This document shows positions 26,612 to 38,052 of a DNA stretch of 64,000 nt, in pieces. The notes under the pieces were generated by a model that saw only the letters and a list, made by a program, of their open reading frames with translations, made no database searches and was not told where the DNA came from. The stretch is from Squalus acanthias (lineage: Eukaryota). The stretch's first letter is position 1. Every line of letters begins with the position of its first letter. The translations under genes and the position numbers were made by a program. Location: positions 94,924,001 to 94,988,000 of the forward strand of contig CM059432.1 of NCBI GenBank assembly GCA_030390025.1. Reading direction: 5' to 3'.

Positions 26612-26700
26612 CCAGATGAATTAGTGAATCCCTTCCCACACATGGAGCAGGTTGAACGCCCTCTCCCCAGTGTGAATTTTGTGGTTGTCAGAAGGTTGGA
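26612..26700 (-). pseudogene. Decayed C2H2 zinc-finger coding fragment
   Basis: The minus strand reads SNLLT / HKIHTGERAF / TCSMCGKGFTNSSG across two 1-nt frameshifts. It has the canonical TGE(K/R)PF-type linker and CxxCGKGF. Confidence 0.75.
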
Positions 26701-27039
26701 TACACACACGCGTCTCACACCCCACACACGGTCCCTTCTTTCTGAAATAAAGAAATTTTATCACTTCCAGAGGGAAAAAAAAATAAAACTCCAAAGGAGT
26801 AACTAACCAACTAATTAGAGTATAAACTCTGTTATTTTACCAGCCAAGGACAACTATAATTACAATTGCAAACACTAGATAACAGGATCTTCTCAAAGCT
26901 AACTACAATTCTGTAGGCTGCATGACAAGACTGAATCAAATTGCACATTGCAGACTGTTCTACAGCAGGCAGGATCAAATTACACATTCCAGACAAACTG
27001 TTGGGTGTGAAATCTGGTCCAAGCCACTGGTGTTGCAAA

Positions 27040-27460
27040 TAAACGCTGCCTTTAAGTGGTGGGGACTGTAGCAGCGAGCTTCTTGAGTATTGGTGGAGCT
27101 GAACTCATCCGGGCTGTGGAGAATATTCCATGACACTCCTAACCTGTGCCTTTATAGGTGGTAAAGAGGCTTTGAGGAATCGGAAGGTGAGCCACTCACC
27201 GCAGAATAACCAGCCTCTGACCTGCTCTAGTAGCCATGGCATTTGTGTGGCTGGTCTGGTTCAGTTTCATGGTGACCACCAGGATGTTGATGTTGGGGGA
27301 TTCGATGATCCCGAGGGGAGGTGATTATGCTCTCTTCCTGGAGATGGTCATTGTCTGACACTTATGTGATTCTAATGTTAATTACCACTTAGCAGCCCAA
27401 GCCTGGATGTTCTCTAGGTCTTGCTACATGCAGGCATGGACTGCTTCATTATCTGAGGAA
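27040..27460 (-). mobile_element. Second LINE family fragment
   Basis: Reverse complement resembles 1890-2230 (caggtcagaggctgg..attctgcggtgagtggctcacc). Confidence 0.72.
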
Positions 27461-28899
27461 TCACAAGTAGACGCTATGTAACTCTAGTTTCGGTACAGCA
27501 CTGTTCAGTGTCCAGAACTGGACGATGTGTGTGTTGGCAATCATTCATTTTATCCTAATATAAGGTAATGAAGAGAGATACCCATGCCATCCTGTTCCAC
27601 AGAAGATTTTCTTCTAGTCTGGACTAAATGAACCATGAATCCTAGACTTTGATTCAACAAAAGTTTTGACTCCTAGACTGGAATTCAAATTGTTTTTAGC
27701 TGAGCACTGCTCTTGTAGCATTGAAACTGCCGCTAACAAAATAAATTGCCAAACACTATTCTATAATTGATGTATTTGAAAATTTAGGCCACCCATTTTA
27801 TAAGTTTTCCCAATCCAGTGTACTGAAATAAATATTTGGTGCTCAACATGATTGAACTTTCTAAGATGGTATAATCTCATTCATTTTAAAGCAGTAATTC
27901 TATTTATTTACCCATTCTCATTTTGCTATGCATCATTGTTCAGCTGCAATGGTAAGCAAAGCATCTACTCTCAGACTTCGCTTGGTCTAAATCTAATCAA
28001 TTTGAGCAGGATGGGGTACATGCCCAATAATCCTTAGGTTTTTTTCCTCTCCCATGTGGGCTGTCTGAGGTTATATGGAGTTGCAGAGGTGAAGCTAGAA
28101 TGCTAGTGCTTCTCGAGTACTTTCGCATCTTTAATGTAGAACAATATCCCAAGCGTGAGGGGGAAAAAATCTCACGCATACATTGGTAACAGAAACTTCA
28201 ATGTACCACAAACTAATAGTCTATTGTGTTTCTGTAGAATGAAAACTATCACTGTTGAATTTATAATGACTGGATGCCAATTAGAATCATAATGGAGAAC
28301 ATTTTTCTGCTCTTAGAGATAGCTTCATATTGTTTCTGTCCATTGGTGTTTAAAGCTAGAATTGTTAAATATAGGTAACTGTTCAGTCCTAATGCATCTT
28401 ATAAGCAGATTCAGTGAGATACTTTGGCAATATCCATTTGTATATTTTGCTGGCCAGTGCACTTGTATTGAACTGTATTGTGTGATTGTATATTGGCCAG
28501 ATCAGTGAAATGTTATTTCTTGAACTGCCCGTATTTATACATTTGTTGCTCGCCTACATTAACATCTTACACTTGTGGGATGGATTGAAGCCAAGATTGA
28601 ATCCCAAAACACCTAATTTGGTATTCACACCCCAAAACTCTTGTTTCTGTCAACTGATTAGGTACAGAGAAATACTGAAAGAGGTCTTCAAAAGGATTAA
28701 GACTCACTTAACCATTGATGAGCTGGATCTTCAGCATACAGCAGAAAATTGTAATAAAGTGAAAGTTGATTTGAGCTGCAGATGCAACCTTCTTCATTAA
28801 AACTTCTGAAATACTTGCAAAATTGTAATGTTTTTAAGGCAGTGACCGTGTTATATACACTACTAGAAAGAAAAAAGAAACAAATTGAATTAAAATATG

Positions 28900-29225
28900 C
28901 CTTGCCATATCTTTCAAATGCCCCCCAAAAATTCCATACAACAAAACGTTGAAGTGCAGTAACTGTTATGCATGCAAACATGGCAGCCATTTTGTGCACA
29001 GTCGGCCCCACAAGCAGTAATGAGATAAATGGTGTTGGATTGAGGACCTAATATTCACAGGACACCAGGCAAACTCCCTGTTGTTTTTTAATCATGCCAT
29101 GAGTTCTCTATTTTCCAACTAAACCATCGGAACTGGCCCTGCTTTAATGTCGGTATCTCTAAAAATACAGCACTCCCTCAGTAATGCACTAAAGTGCTAG
29201 CCTAAATGATGTGCTCAAGTGCTGG
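28900..29225 (-). mobile_element. DeuSINE-like copy
   Basis: Reverse complement of the Deu core and tail (gcagccattttgtgcacag..gcagtaatgagataa). Confidence 0.65.
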
Positions 29226-29764
29226 TAATTGTAAGAATGCATTGTTGTGTGTTAACAATCATTCATTTTATCCTTTTTATAAGGCAAAAATTTCTACTAA
29301 GCTATTTTAGTCACTATCAATCTGCTGTTGTCCTTGCAGTGTGCTGGACAAGGGCTCATAAAATGGGGAGATGTTTAGTAGGGTTGTTAGCTGTGCTGTA
29401 TAAAATATCCATTGAGGAAATAATGGCATGTCTGATGATTGTAGCTGTACTTTCTGAGAACCCAATCCGAAGAGGAAATTCTGATTTTGGTCATACCATG
29501 GTGGAGAGAAGATACAGGCCAGAGTCTTGGGTGCTTTACTGTGCCATGAGCTACACCTTCTACTCGTCAGGACAAGAACCATACTGGAACTGTTTGGGAA
29601 CAAGTAGCCTGCAGAACCTCACTTTGGATTTGTATGTTGCCTGAAAAGAGCTAATTTGGAGGAGGAGGGAAGAGAAAATGGGAGGGGGAAGAAAGCTGTA
29701 CTTTTATGATTGGCACAGTCTTCAAAGATATTTTTTTTTTCCCAGCTAAAGTTGAGAAAGATCT

Positions 29765-30050
29765 TGGATTTATATGGCGCCTTTTGTGTCCTCAGGACAT
29801 CCCAAGGCATTTTACAGCGATTGCATTACTTTTGAAGTGTAATCATTGTCGTAATGTCGATAAATATGGTCGCCAAATTGCGTACAGCTTGGTCCCACAA
29901 ACAGCGAAGACATGAATGGCCAGTTATTCTTTGGTTGAGGGATAAATGTTGGTCAGTACATTGGGAAAACTCGCGTGCTCCTCTTTGACTAGTGCCATGA
30001 GATCTTTTATGTCCACTTAAAAGGGCAGCTGGTGCCTCGCCTGAAAGGTG
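29765..30050 (-). mobile_element. DeuSINE-like copy (partial)
   Basis: tttatatggcgcctt..gtgccatgagatctttta, the reverse complement of the 3480 copy. Confidence 0.65.
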
Positions 30051-30997
30051 CCACACAAGAGGTTATTACACAAAATTAGGACTCATGGTTTTGGGGTAAT
30101 ATATTAGCATGGATTGAGGATTGGTTAATGAACAGAAAATAGAGAGTAGGAATAAACAGGACTTTTTCAGGTTGGCAGGCTGTAACTAGTGGGGTACTGC
30201 AAGGATCAGTGCTTGGGCCTCAGCTATTTACAATCTATATTAATGACTTGGATGAAGGGACTGAGTGTAACGTATCCAAGTTTGCTGATACCAAGTTAGA
30301 TGGGAAAGTAAGCTGTGAGGAGGACGGGAAGAGACTGCGGAGAGATATATAGATCAGTCCTCAGCAAAGGCCTGAGCTTCATCCCCTTATGCCCCCACCT
30401 CAATGAATTTCGAGCTCGGCACGATGCTGAGCTCTTTTTCCGCCGCCTTCACCTCCGTGCCCACTTCTTTGGCCAGGAGTCTTCCCCCTGCAGAGCTGAC
30501 CCTTTCTCCCGCTTTCAGAATTCCCGTTCTACCTGGACCCCTCCCTCTGGCCTCTTACCCTCTCTAGATCTTTTCATTGCAAACTGCCGCCGTGACATCG
30601 GCCGTCTCCATTTCTCTGCTCCCCTCACTCCAGCCTACCTCCCTCTAAACTTGCAGCACTCCATTCTCTCAGATCCAACCCTGACATTGTCATTAAACCT
30701 GCTGACAAGGGTGGTGCTGTTGTTGTTTGGCGCACCGACCTCTACCTAGCGGAAGCTGAACGCCAACTCTCCGACACCTCCTCCTACCTCCACCTGGGCC
30801 ATGACCCCACTACCGAACATCAAGCCACCGTTTCCAAGACTGTCACTGACCTCATCTCCTCTGGAGATCTCCCCCCCCCCCCCCCCCCCCACGGCCGCCA
30901 ACCTCATAGTTCCCCAACCCCGCACAGCCCGCTTCTACCTCCTTCCCAAGATCCACAAACAGGACTGCCCTGGTAGACCCATCGTTTCAGCCTGTTC

Positions 30998-32512
30998 TTG
31001 CCCCACGGAACTTATCTCTTCCTATCTCGACTCTATATTTTTTCTCCCCTTGTCCAGTCTCTTCCCACCTACATCCGCGACTCTTCCGACGCCCTCCGCC
31101 ACTTTAACAGTTTCCAGTTTCCCGGCCCCAACTGCCTCCTTTTCACTATGGATGTACAATCCCTCTACACCTCCATCCCCCACCAGGATGGCCTGAGGGC
31201 GCGCCGCTTCTTCCTTGAACAGAGGCCCAACCAGTCCCCATCCACCACCACCCTCCTCCGCCTGGCTGAACTTGTTCTCACATTGAACAACTTCTCCTTT
31301 GACTCCACTCATTTCCTCCAAATCAAAGGTGTTGCTATGGGTACCCGCATGGGTCCTAGCTATGCCTGCTTTTTCGTGGGATATGTGGAACACTCTTTGT
31401 TCCAGTCCTACTCTGGTCCCCTCCCTCACCTCTTTTTCCGGTACATTTATGACTGTATCGGTGCCGTCTCCTGCTCTCACCCTGAACTAGAAAATTTAGT
31501 TCACTATGCTTCCAATTTCCACCCTTCCCTCACCTTCACGTGGTCCATCTCCGACTCTTCCCTTCTCTTCCTCGACTTCTCCGTCTCCATCTCTGGGGAT
31601 AGGTTATTGACTAACATTCACTACAAGCCCACTGACTCCCACAGCTACCTCGACTACACTTCCTCCCACCCCGCTCCCTGTAAGGACTCTATTCCATTCT
31701 CCCAGTTTCTCCGTCTCCGCCGCATCTGCTCTGACGATGCCACCTTCCATACCAGTGCTTCCGACATGTCTTCCTTTTTTCTCAACCGAGGATTCCCCTC
31801 TACTGTGGTTGACACGGCCCTCAACCGTGTCTGTTCTATCTCCCGCACTTCTGCCCTCACCCCTGCCCCTCCCTCCCGGAACCACGATAGAGTTCCCCTT
31901 GTCCTCACCTTTCACCCCACCAGCCTCCACATTCAACGGATCATCCTCCGCCATTTCCGCCACCTCCAGCGTGATCCCACCACCAAACGCATCTTCCCCT
32001 CACCTCCCCTTTCAGCATTCCGTAGGGACCGCTCCCTCCGCGACACCCTAGTCCACTCCTCTACCACCCCCAGCACCCCTTCCCCTTCGCCCGGCACCTT
32101 CCCGTGCAAGCGCAGGAGATGCTACACATGCCCTTATACCTCCCCCCTTCCCACTGTCCAGGGCCCCAAACACCCCTTCCAGGTGAAACAGCGATTTACG
32201 TGTACTTCCTGCAATTTAGTATACTGTATTCGCTGCTCACGATGTGGTCTCCTCTACATTGGGGAGACCAAATGCAGATTGGGTGACCGCTTTGCGGAAC
32301 ACCTCCGTTCAGTCCATAAGGGGGACCCCGAGCTCCCGGTGGCCTGTCACTTTAATTCTCCGCTCCACTCCCACTCTGACCTCACCGTCCTCGGCCTCTT
32401 GCATTGTTCCACAGAAGCTCAACGTAAACTCGAGGAACAGCACCTCATCTTTCGTTTAGGCACGCTACAGTCCTCTGGACTCAACATAGAATTCAACAAT
32501 TTCAGATCATAA
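30998..32512 (+). pseudogene. Penelope reverse transcriptase plus GIY-YIG endonuclease ORF (inactivated)
   Basis: [29 protein letters not shown] (catalytic YIDD altered), Cys linker CKRRRCYTC, NLVYCIRC..LYIGET, RFAEH, GLN. Upstream frameshifts in homopolymer runs. Confidence 0.9.
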
Positions 32513-32821
32513 CCACGGCCCCTATCATATATATGTATATTTTATTTTTTCATCCACCCTTTTGTTTGGCCCCTTTTTTTTTTCCCTCCCTGAAGCTGGC
32601 AGCTGTCCTTCATTCCACCAGCGCATTTCACACTTCATCTAGCCTCAACCTGTCACATTACCACCTCCTCTCGCCTTGAATATCTCTTAATGTCTATCAA
32701 TGTCTCTTAATCGCTCCTGCCTTCTATACTACCACTGACCTTCCCCTTTGTTCTTTCATCCCCTCCCCCTTTTCCCAGCATTATACTTGCTTTAAATCTA
32801 TTTCATTTCCTGCTTTTTTCC

Positions 32822-32858
32822 AGTTCTGACGAAGGGTCTTCGACCTGAAATGTTAACT
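32822..32858 (+). ncRNA. Minimal hammerhead motif (variant A) in the Penelope pseudo-LTR
   Basis: AGTT-CTGACGA-A-GGGTC-ttc-GACCT-GAAA-TG-TT-AACT. The stem III palindrome is altered by a C>T change. Confidence 0.6.
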
Positions 32859-34352
32859 CTGTTTCTCTCTCCACGGATGCTGCCTGGCCTGCTGAGTTTT
32901 TCCAGCGTTTTCTGTTGTTATTCCAGATATATAGACAGGTTGACTGAGTGGGCAAGAACATGGCAAATGGAATACAATGTGGGGAAGTGTGAAGTTATCC
33001 ACTTTGGTAGGAAAAACAAAAAAGCAGAATATTTTTTGAATGGTGAGAGACTGGGGAATGTTTACACTCAGAGGGACCTGGCTGCCCTTGTACATGAATC
33101 ACAGAAAGTTAACATGCAGGTACAGCAAGCAATTAGGAAAGCAAATGGTATGTTTAGCTTTTGTTACAAAGGGATTAGAGTATAAGAGTAAAGAAGTCTT
33201 ACTACAATTATACAGGGCATTGGTGAGAACCTCTCCGCCACTCTACCTCTCTTTCATCCTTTAAGACGCTCCTTAAAACCTACCTCTTTGACCAAGCTTT
33301 TGGTCACCTGCCCTAATTTATCCTTATGTGGATCGGTGTCAAATTTGTTGTCTTAAAATACTCCTGTGCAGCCTTGGGACGTTTCACTACGTTAAAGGCG
33401 CTATATAAATACAAGTTGTTGTTTTTGTGAGGCCACACTTGGAGTACTGTGTACAGTTCTAGTCTCCTTACCTAAGGAAAGACAAACTTGACTTAGAGGG
33501 AGTGCAGCGAATATTCGCTAGACTGATTCCTGGGATGAGGGGATTGCCTTTGTGAGGAGAGATTGAGTAGACTAGGCCTATATTCCTTAAGAGTTTAGAA
33601 GAATGAGAGGTGATCTAATTGAAACATATAAAATTCTTAAGGGGCTTGACAGGGTTAATGCTGGGAAAATGTTTCCCCTGGCTGGGGAATCTAGAACATG
33701 GGGTCACAGTCACAAAATACGGGGTCAGCCATTTAGGACTGAGATGAGAAATTTCTTCACTCAAAGGGTTGTGAATCTTTGGAATTCTCTACCCCAGAGA
33801 GCTGTGGATGCTCAGTGATTGAGTATATTCAAGACCGAGGTCGATAAATTTTTGGGAATTAAGGGATATGGGGATAGTGCGGGAAGGTGCAGTTGAGGTA
33901 GAAGATCAGCCATGATCTTGTTGAATGGCGGAGCAGGCTTGAAGGGCCATATGGCCTACTCCTGCTTCTATTTCTTATGTTACTTATCTTAAAGGCGGTA
34001 CCTCCAGCAATGCAGTACTGCTTCACTGCTGCGTTAAAATGTCAGCGTAGATTATCTGCTGAAGATCTGGAGTGCAGCTTGCATCCAATTACCTTCTGAC
34101 TCAGGTGAGAGTGCTACGTTTGCACCAAGCTGACACTTGTGAGTTATAGTATTTTGTATTTATATTAAACCTTTTCCAACATATGCGCCATTCTTTAACC
34201 AAAAAGGTAGGCCAGACAGCTCAGTGTCAAGTGAATATCCTTACACTCCTAAGGATTATCTGGGTATAAAGACTGCACTACAAAAATATTGCACAAAGAG
34301 TAATAGATTTGTGGAATAAGTTGCTAGGGAAGGGCATTCAAATGAATACAAT

Positions 34353-35063
34353 GGACCTGACATTGCAGTCGGAGGCTTCCCGCGGGTGAATGCCTCCCAA
34401 CCGCAAGTAAAATCCTTACTTACCTGATGGCCCCAGACCTACGAAGACTTGCAGTCCTGGGCCTGCAGGCATACGCCTGCGTAAAGGTCCACGTATCCCA
34501 GGGGCGTGTGCGGTTCGCAAGCATCCCTGGGATCACGTGGGCCGGCCCAACCAATCAAAAACGGGGATTCCCATTGTGCTTATGTGGATTCCATTTACGT
34601 ACAGAATCCCCATAAGCGTGAATAGGAATGGCATAAAAAACACACTTTCATACAACCTAAATAAAAATAAATCAACACCTGTTTAAAATTAATTAAAATA
34701 CAATTTAATTAAACATTTAAAACAAATTTAATTTTTTGAAAAATAAATGTAAACAGTTTTAAAGGGGTCAAAAGTAACCTAAACTAATTTTAAAGGTTTT
34801 TGAATGTTTAAATGATTTTAAAAATGTTATTTTAATATTTATTTAAACCCTTACACTGGTAAAAGAAGGCCCTACGCCTGCTTTTACCAGGCGTAAGAGT
34901 TTCAGGAACATTCACTGCACCGGCGAATGTCCATTTCCTTCGGTTTCGTACAATCTGTCAAGCTGAAACTTTGCGCATCGCATGCGGAAGCCCGGAAGTT
35001 GCGGGGCATTTGCGACCGTGTACACTGTGCATACACAGTCATAGGCCCCGGAAAATCTGGGCC
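34353..35063 (-). mobile_element. MITE of the same family as 11602-12349, opposite orientation
   Basis: Shares the internal palindromes (ctggtaaaag..cttttaccag; cacgtatcccaggg..ccctgggatcacgtgg) and the AT-rich core. Imperfect TIRs; AAT/AAT flanks. Confidence 0.78.
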
Positions 35064-36514
35064 AATAGCTTCAAGAGACAATTAAAGTGTTTTTGGAGAG
35101 GGCGAGGAGATTGAGGGATATGGAGGACAGACAATGGAGGCTGATTAACAATCAATCCAAAAGAGCCTAATGGTCTTTTCCAGTTCCTAACAATTCTTGT
35201 GTTCTTATTTAGTGGACTATTTTGTACAAGCTGCAACTAGAGAGGCTGCATCTTTACATCTGAATAAGGAGTTACTTGAAAGTGCATACACTGAATTACT
35301 TTAGTTGTGTTATTTCTGACCTAATTAAAAGGTATAAGGATACAGAGATCTGTTTGTACTGTGACTAATGTTTGAAATTTTTACTGACCAGCAAAATTGG
35401 AGTGCTTACCAGACTGGCGGTCGATGAACTAGACCATTCCCTGGGGACTGTAATACAAATCTATTAATCTCTAGAGCTCTTGACTAGTCAGTACCAGACA
35501 AATTTAATTGGAAAGCAATTTTTTTTTTTTAAAGTACAAATTATAGATTTTTGACTATTTAAGTCAGAATCTGTTTTTCAACTAGTAGGTCAGGGACTCT
35601 TTTAAGGAAAACAATTAAGTGTTGTTTTTCTGCTGGTTTCAGAAGGCAGCAGCATTTGGGGAGAGAAAGGTGAAGCCAGGAATAGCATTTGGGTGGGGAG
35701 AAAGAGTTTAAACAAGGAGTAACAATGGAGGGGTGGGAGGAAGAGAAAGCTAAGAACAGCAGTCCACTTGGATAATGGGGAGGTAATAGGAGTAGCCAGA
35801 GCAGCAGTGTGACAGGGGTGGGGCAGAGAAGTCAAAAAGCTTGTTCCCAATCCCCCTCGCTCAGGAAAACAAAATTCTGCCTTCAACATTTGTATCTGTT
35901 TCAGGTTTTCATAAACTTGGTGAAACAATATTGGGTATATCACAGTCTAAATTACATCCTCATTCAATGTTATTACTTGTTTTCACATGTCATAGGCTTT
36001 GATTTTGGGGCTGTTTCTGAGCCATCAGCTTTTTTTGTCTACTTAAGGTTCTTTTTTTTTAAAGCATTGGTCCGATTTGCTAATTTGTTCGGGTGTTATG
36101 GAGGGAGCAATTAAACCTAATCTGAGAGTGCTTTATACTGATTTTGGGTGTTCTTAATGAGCACAAAATTCACAGATATATTGATACTTGTGAAGAATAC
36201 CTATATCTGTTCGAACTATACAGCAGAATTTTGTGACACACAGAATGATTACCATCAAAGATTTTTTACATTGCTATGCTGTTCACATCTAAGACAAAAG
36301 TGTAGACTTAACTAATAAGTTTGGCAGGGCTCTGGGCCAGTTTTCGACAGGTGTATAGCAGAGAGAATTAGAAACTTACTCGCTGCTCCAGAAATGAGGC
36401 CCGGGGTATTTTAACTCCCAGGCCTCATTTAAAACTTGCCAGCTGTCTTCCCACCAACAGGCAAGTCGGCGGGAAGCGGCAAAAAAGAAACTGCCCGCAG
36501 TCCAGTCGACCCTG

Positions 36515-38052
36515 CAAAGTCCTCCTCACTAACATCTGGGGACTTGTGCCAAAATTGGGAGAGCTGTCCCACAGACTAGTCAAGCACCTAGTTATACTAA
36601 CAAAATCCTACCTTTCAGCCAGCATCCCAAACTCCTCCATCACCATCCCTGGGTATGTCCTGTCCCACGGGTAGGACAGACCCACCAGAGGTGGCGTCAC
36701 AGTGATATACAGTCGGGAAGGAGTGGCCCTGGGAGTTCTCATGGCTTCAGGTCAAGCATGGGCAAGGAAACTTCCTGCTGATTACCACCTACCACCCTCC
36801 CTCAGCTGATGAATCAGTACTCCTCCATGTTGAACACCACTTGGAAGAAGCGCTGAGGGTAGCGAGGGCACAGGATGGACTCTGGGTGGGGGACTTCAAT
36901 GTCCATCACCAAGAGTGGCTCGGTAGCACCACTACTGACCGAGCTGGCCGAGTCCTGAAGGATATAGCTGGCAGCCTGGGCCTGCGGCAGGTGGGGAGAG
37001 AACCAACACGAGGGGGAAAAACCGACTTGACCTCGTCCTCACCAATCTACCTGTCGCAAATGCATCTGTCCATGACAGTATTGGTAGGAGTGATCACCGC
37101 ACAGTCCTTGTAGAGACAAAGTCCCATCTTCAGGCTGAGGGCGCCCTCCATCGTGTTGTGTGGCACTACCACCATGCTAAATGGGATAGATTCAGAACAG
37201 ATCCAGCAGCTCAAAACTGGGCATCCGTGAGGCGCTGCAGTCCATCAGCAGCAGAATTGTATTCCCCCACAATCTGTAACCTCATGGCCTGGCATATCCC
37301 TCACTCTACCATTGCCATCAAGCCAGGGGACCAACCCTGGTTCAATGAGGCGTGTAGAAGAGCATGCACTAGGTGTACCTAAAAATGAGGTGCCAACCTG
37401 GGGAAGATGCAACACAGGACTACATGCATGCTAAACAGCGGAAGCAGCATGCTATAGACAGAGCTAAGCGATCCCACAATCAACGGATCAGATCCAAGCT
37501 CTGCAGTCCTGCACATCCAGTCGTGAATCGTGGTGGACAATTAACGGGAGGAGGAGGCTCCATGAACATCCCTATCCTCAATGATAGCGGAGCCCAGCAC
37601 GCTAGTGCAAAAGACGAGGCTGAAGCATTTGCAATCATCTTCAGCCAGAAGTGTTGAGTGGATGATTCATGTCTGCCTCCTCCTGAGGTCCCCACCATCA
37701 CAGAAGCCAGTCTTCAGCCAATTCGATTCACTCCACGTGATATCAAGAAACGGCTGAGCGCACTGGATACAGCAAAGGCCCTTGCAACATCCCGGCTGTC
37801 GTACTAAAACTTGTGCTCCAGAACTAGCCGCGTCTCTAACCAAGCTGTTCCAGTGCAGCTGCAACGCTGGCATCTATCCGACAATGTGGAAAACTGCGCA
37901 GGTATGTCCTGACCACAAAAAACAGGACAAATCCAATCCGGCCAATTACCATCCCAACAGTCGACACCACCACCTTCTCGAACAATTAGGGATGGGCAAT
38001 AAATGCTGCCCTTGCCAGCGACGCCCACATCCCATGAACAAATTTTTAAAAA
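36515..38052 (+). mobile_element. Second LINE family: APE endonuclease and RT start joined to the 3' end by an internal deletion
   Basis: NIWGLVPKLGEL, RGGVTVIY, VGDFNVHH, SDH, PWFN and SNPANYHP, then an abrupt join near 37963 to caccaccaccttctcg..gggcaataaatgctg and an A-rich tail. Confidence 0.85.

Larger units (their letters stand above)
30354..32924 (+). mobile_element. Penelope-like retroelement (probably Neptune-type), 5'-truncated
   Basis: [40 protein letters not shown] and GIY-YIG domains, and a 3' pseudo-LTR with hammerhead. 11-bp TSD AGATATATAGA at 30343-30353 and 32925-32935. Confidence 0.93.
30055..33982 (+). mobile_element. CR1-type LINE interrupted by a Penelope element (30354-32924) and an L2 tail (about 33230-33425)
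   Basis: QGSVLGPQLFTIYINDLD..KFADT before the Penelope insertion; IDRLTEWARTWQMEYNVGKCEVIHFG resumes after it; 3' tail at about 33980. Confidence 0.9.

Noticed and set aside
29219..29644. 141-aa ORF in apparently unique sequence
   Set aside because: No recognisable domain, a non-ATG start, and no convincing splice context.
31022..31963. Antisense and alternate-frame ORFs over the Penelope RT
   Set aside because: Shadow ORFs from C-rich strand bias, with no recognisable domains.
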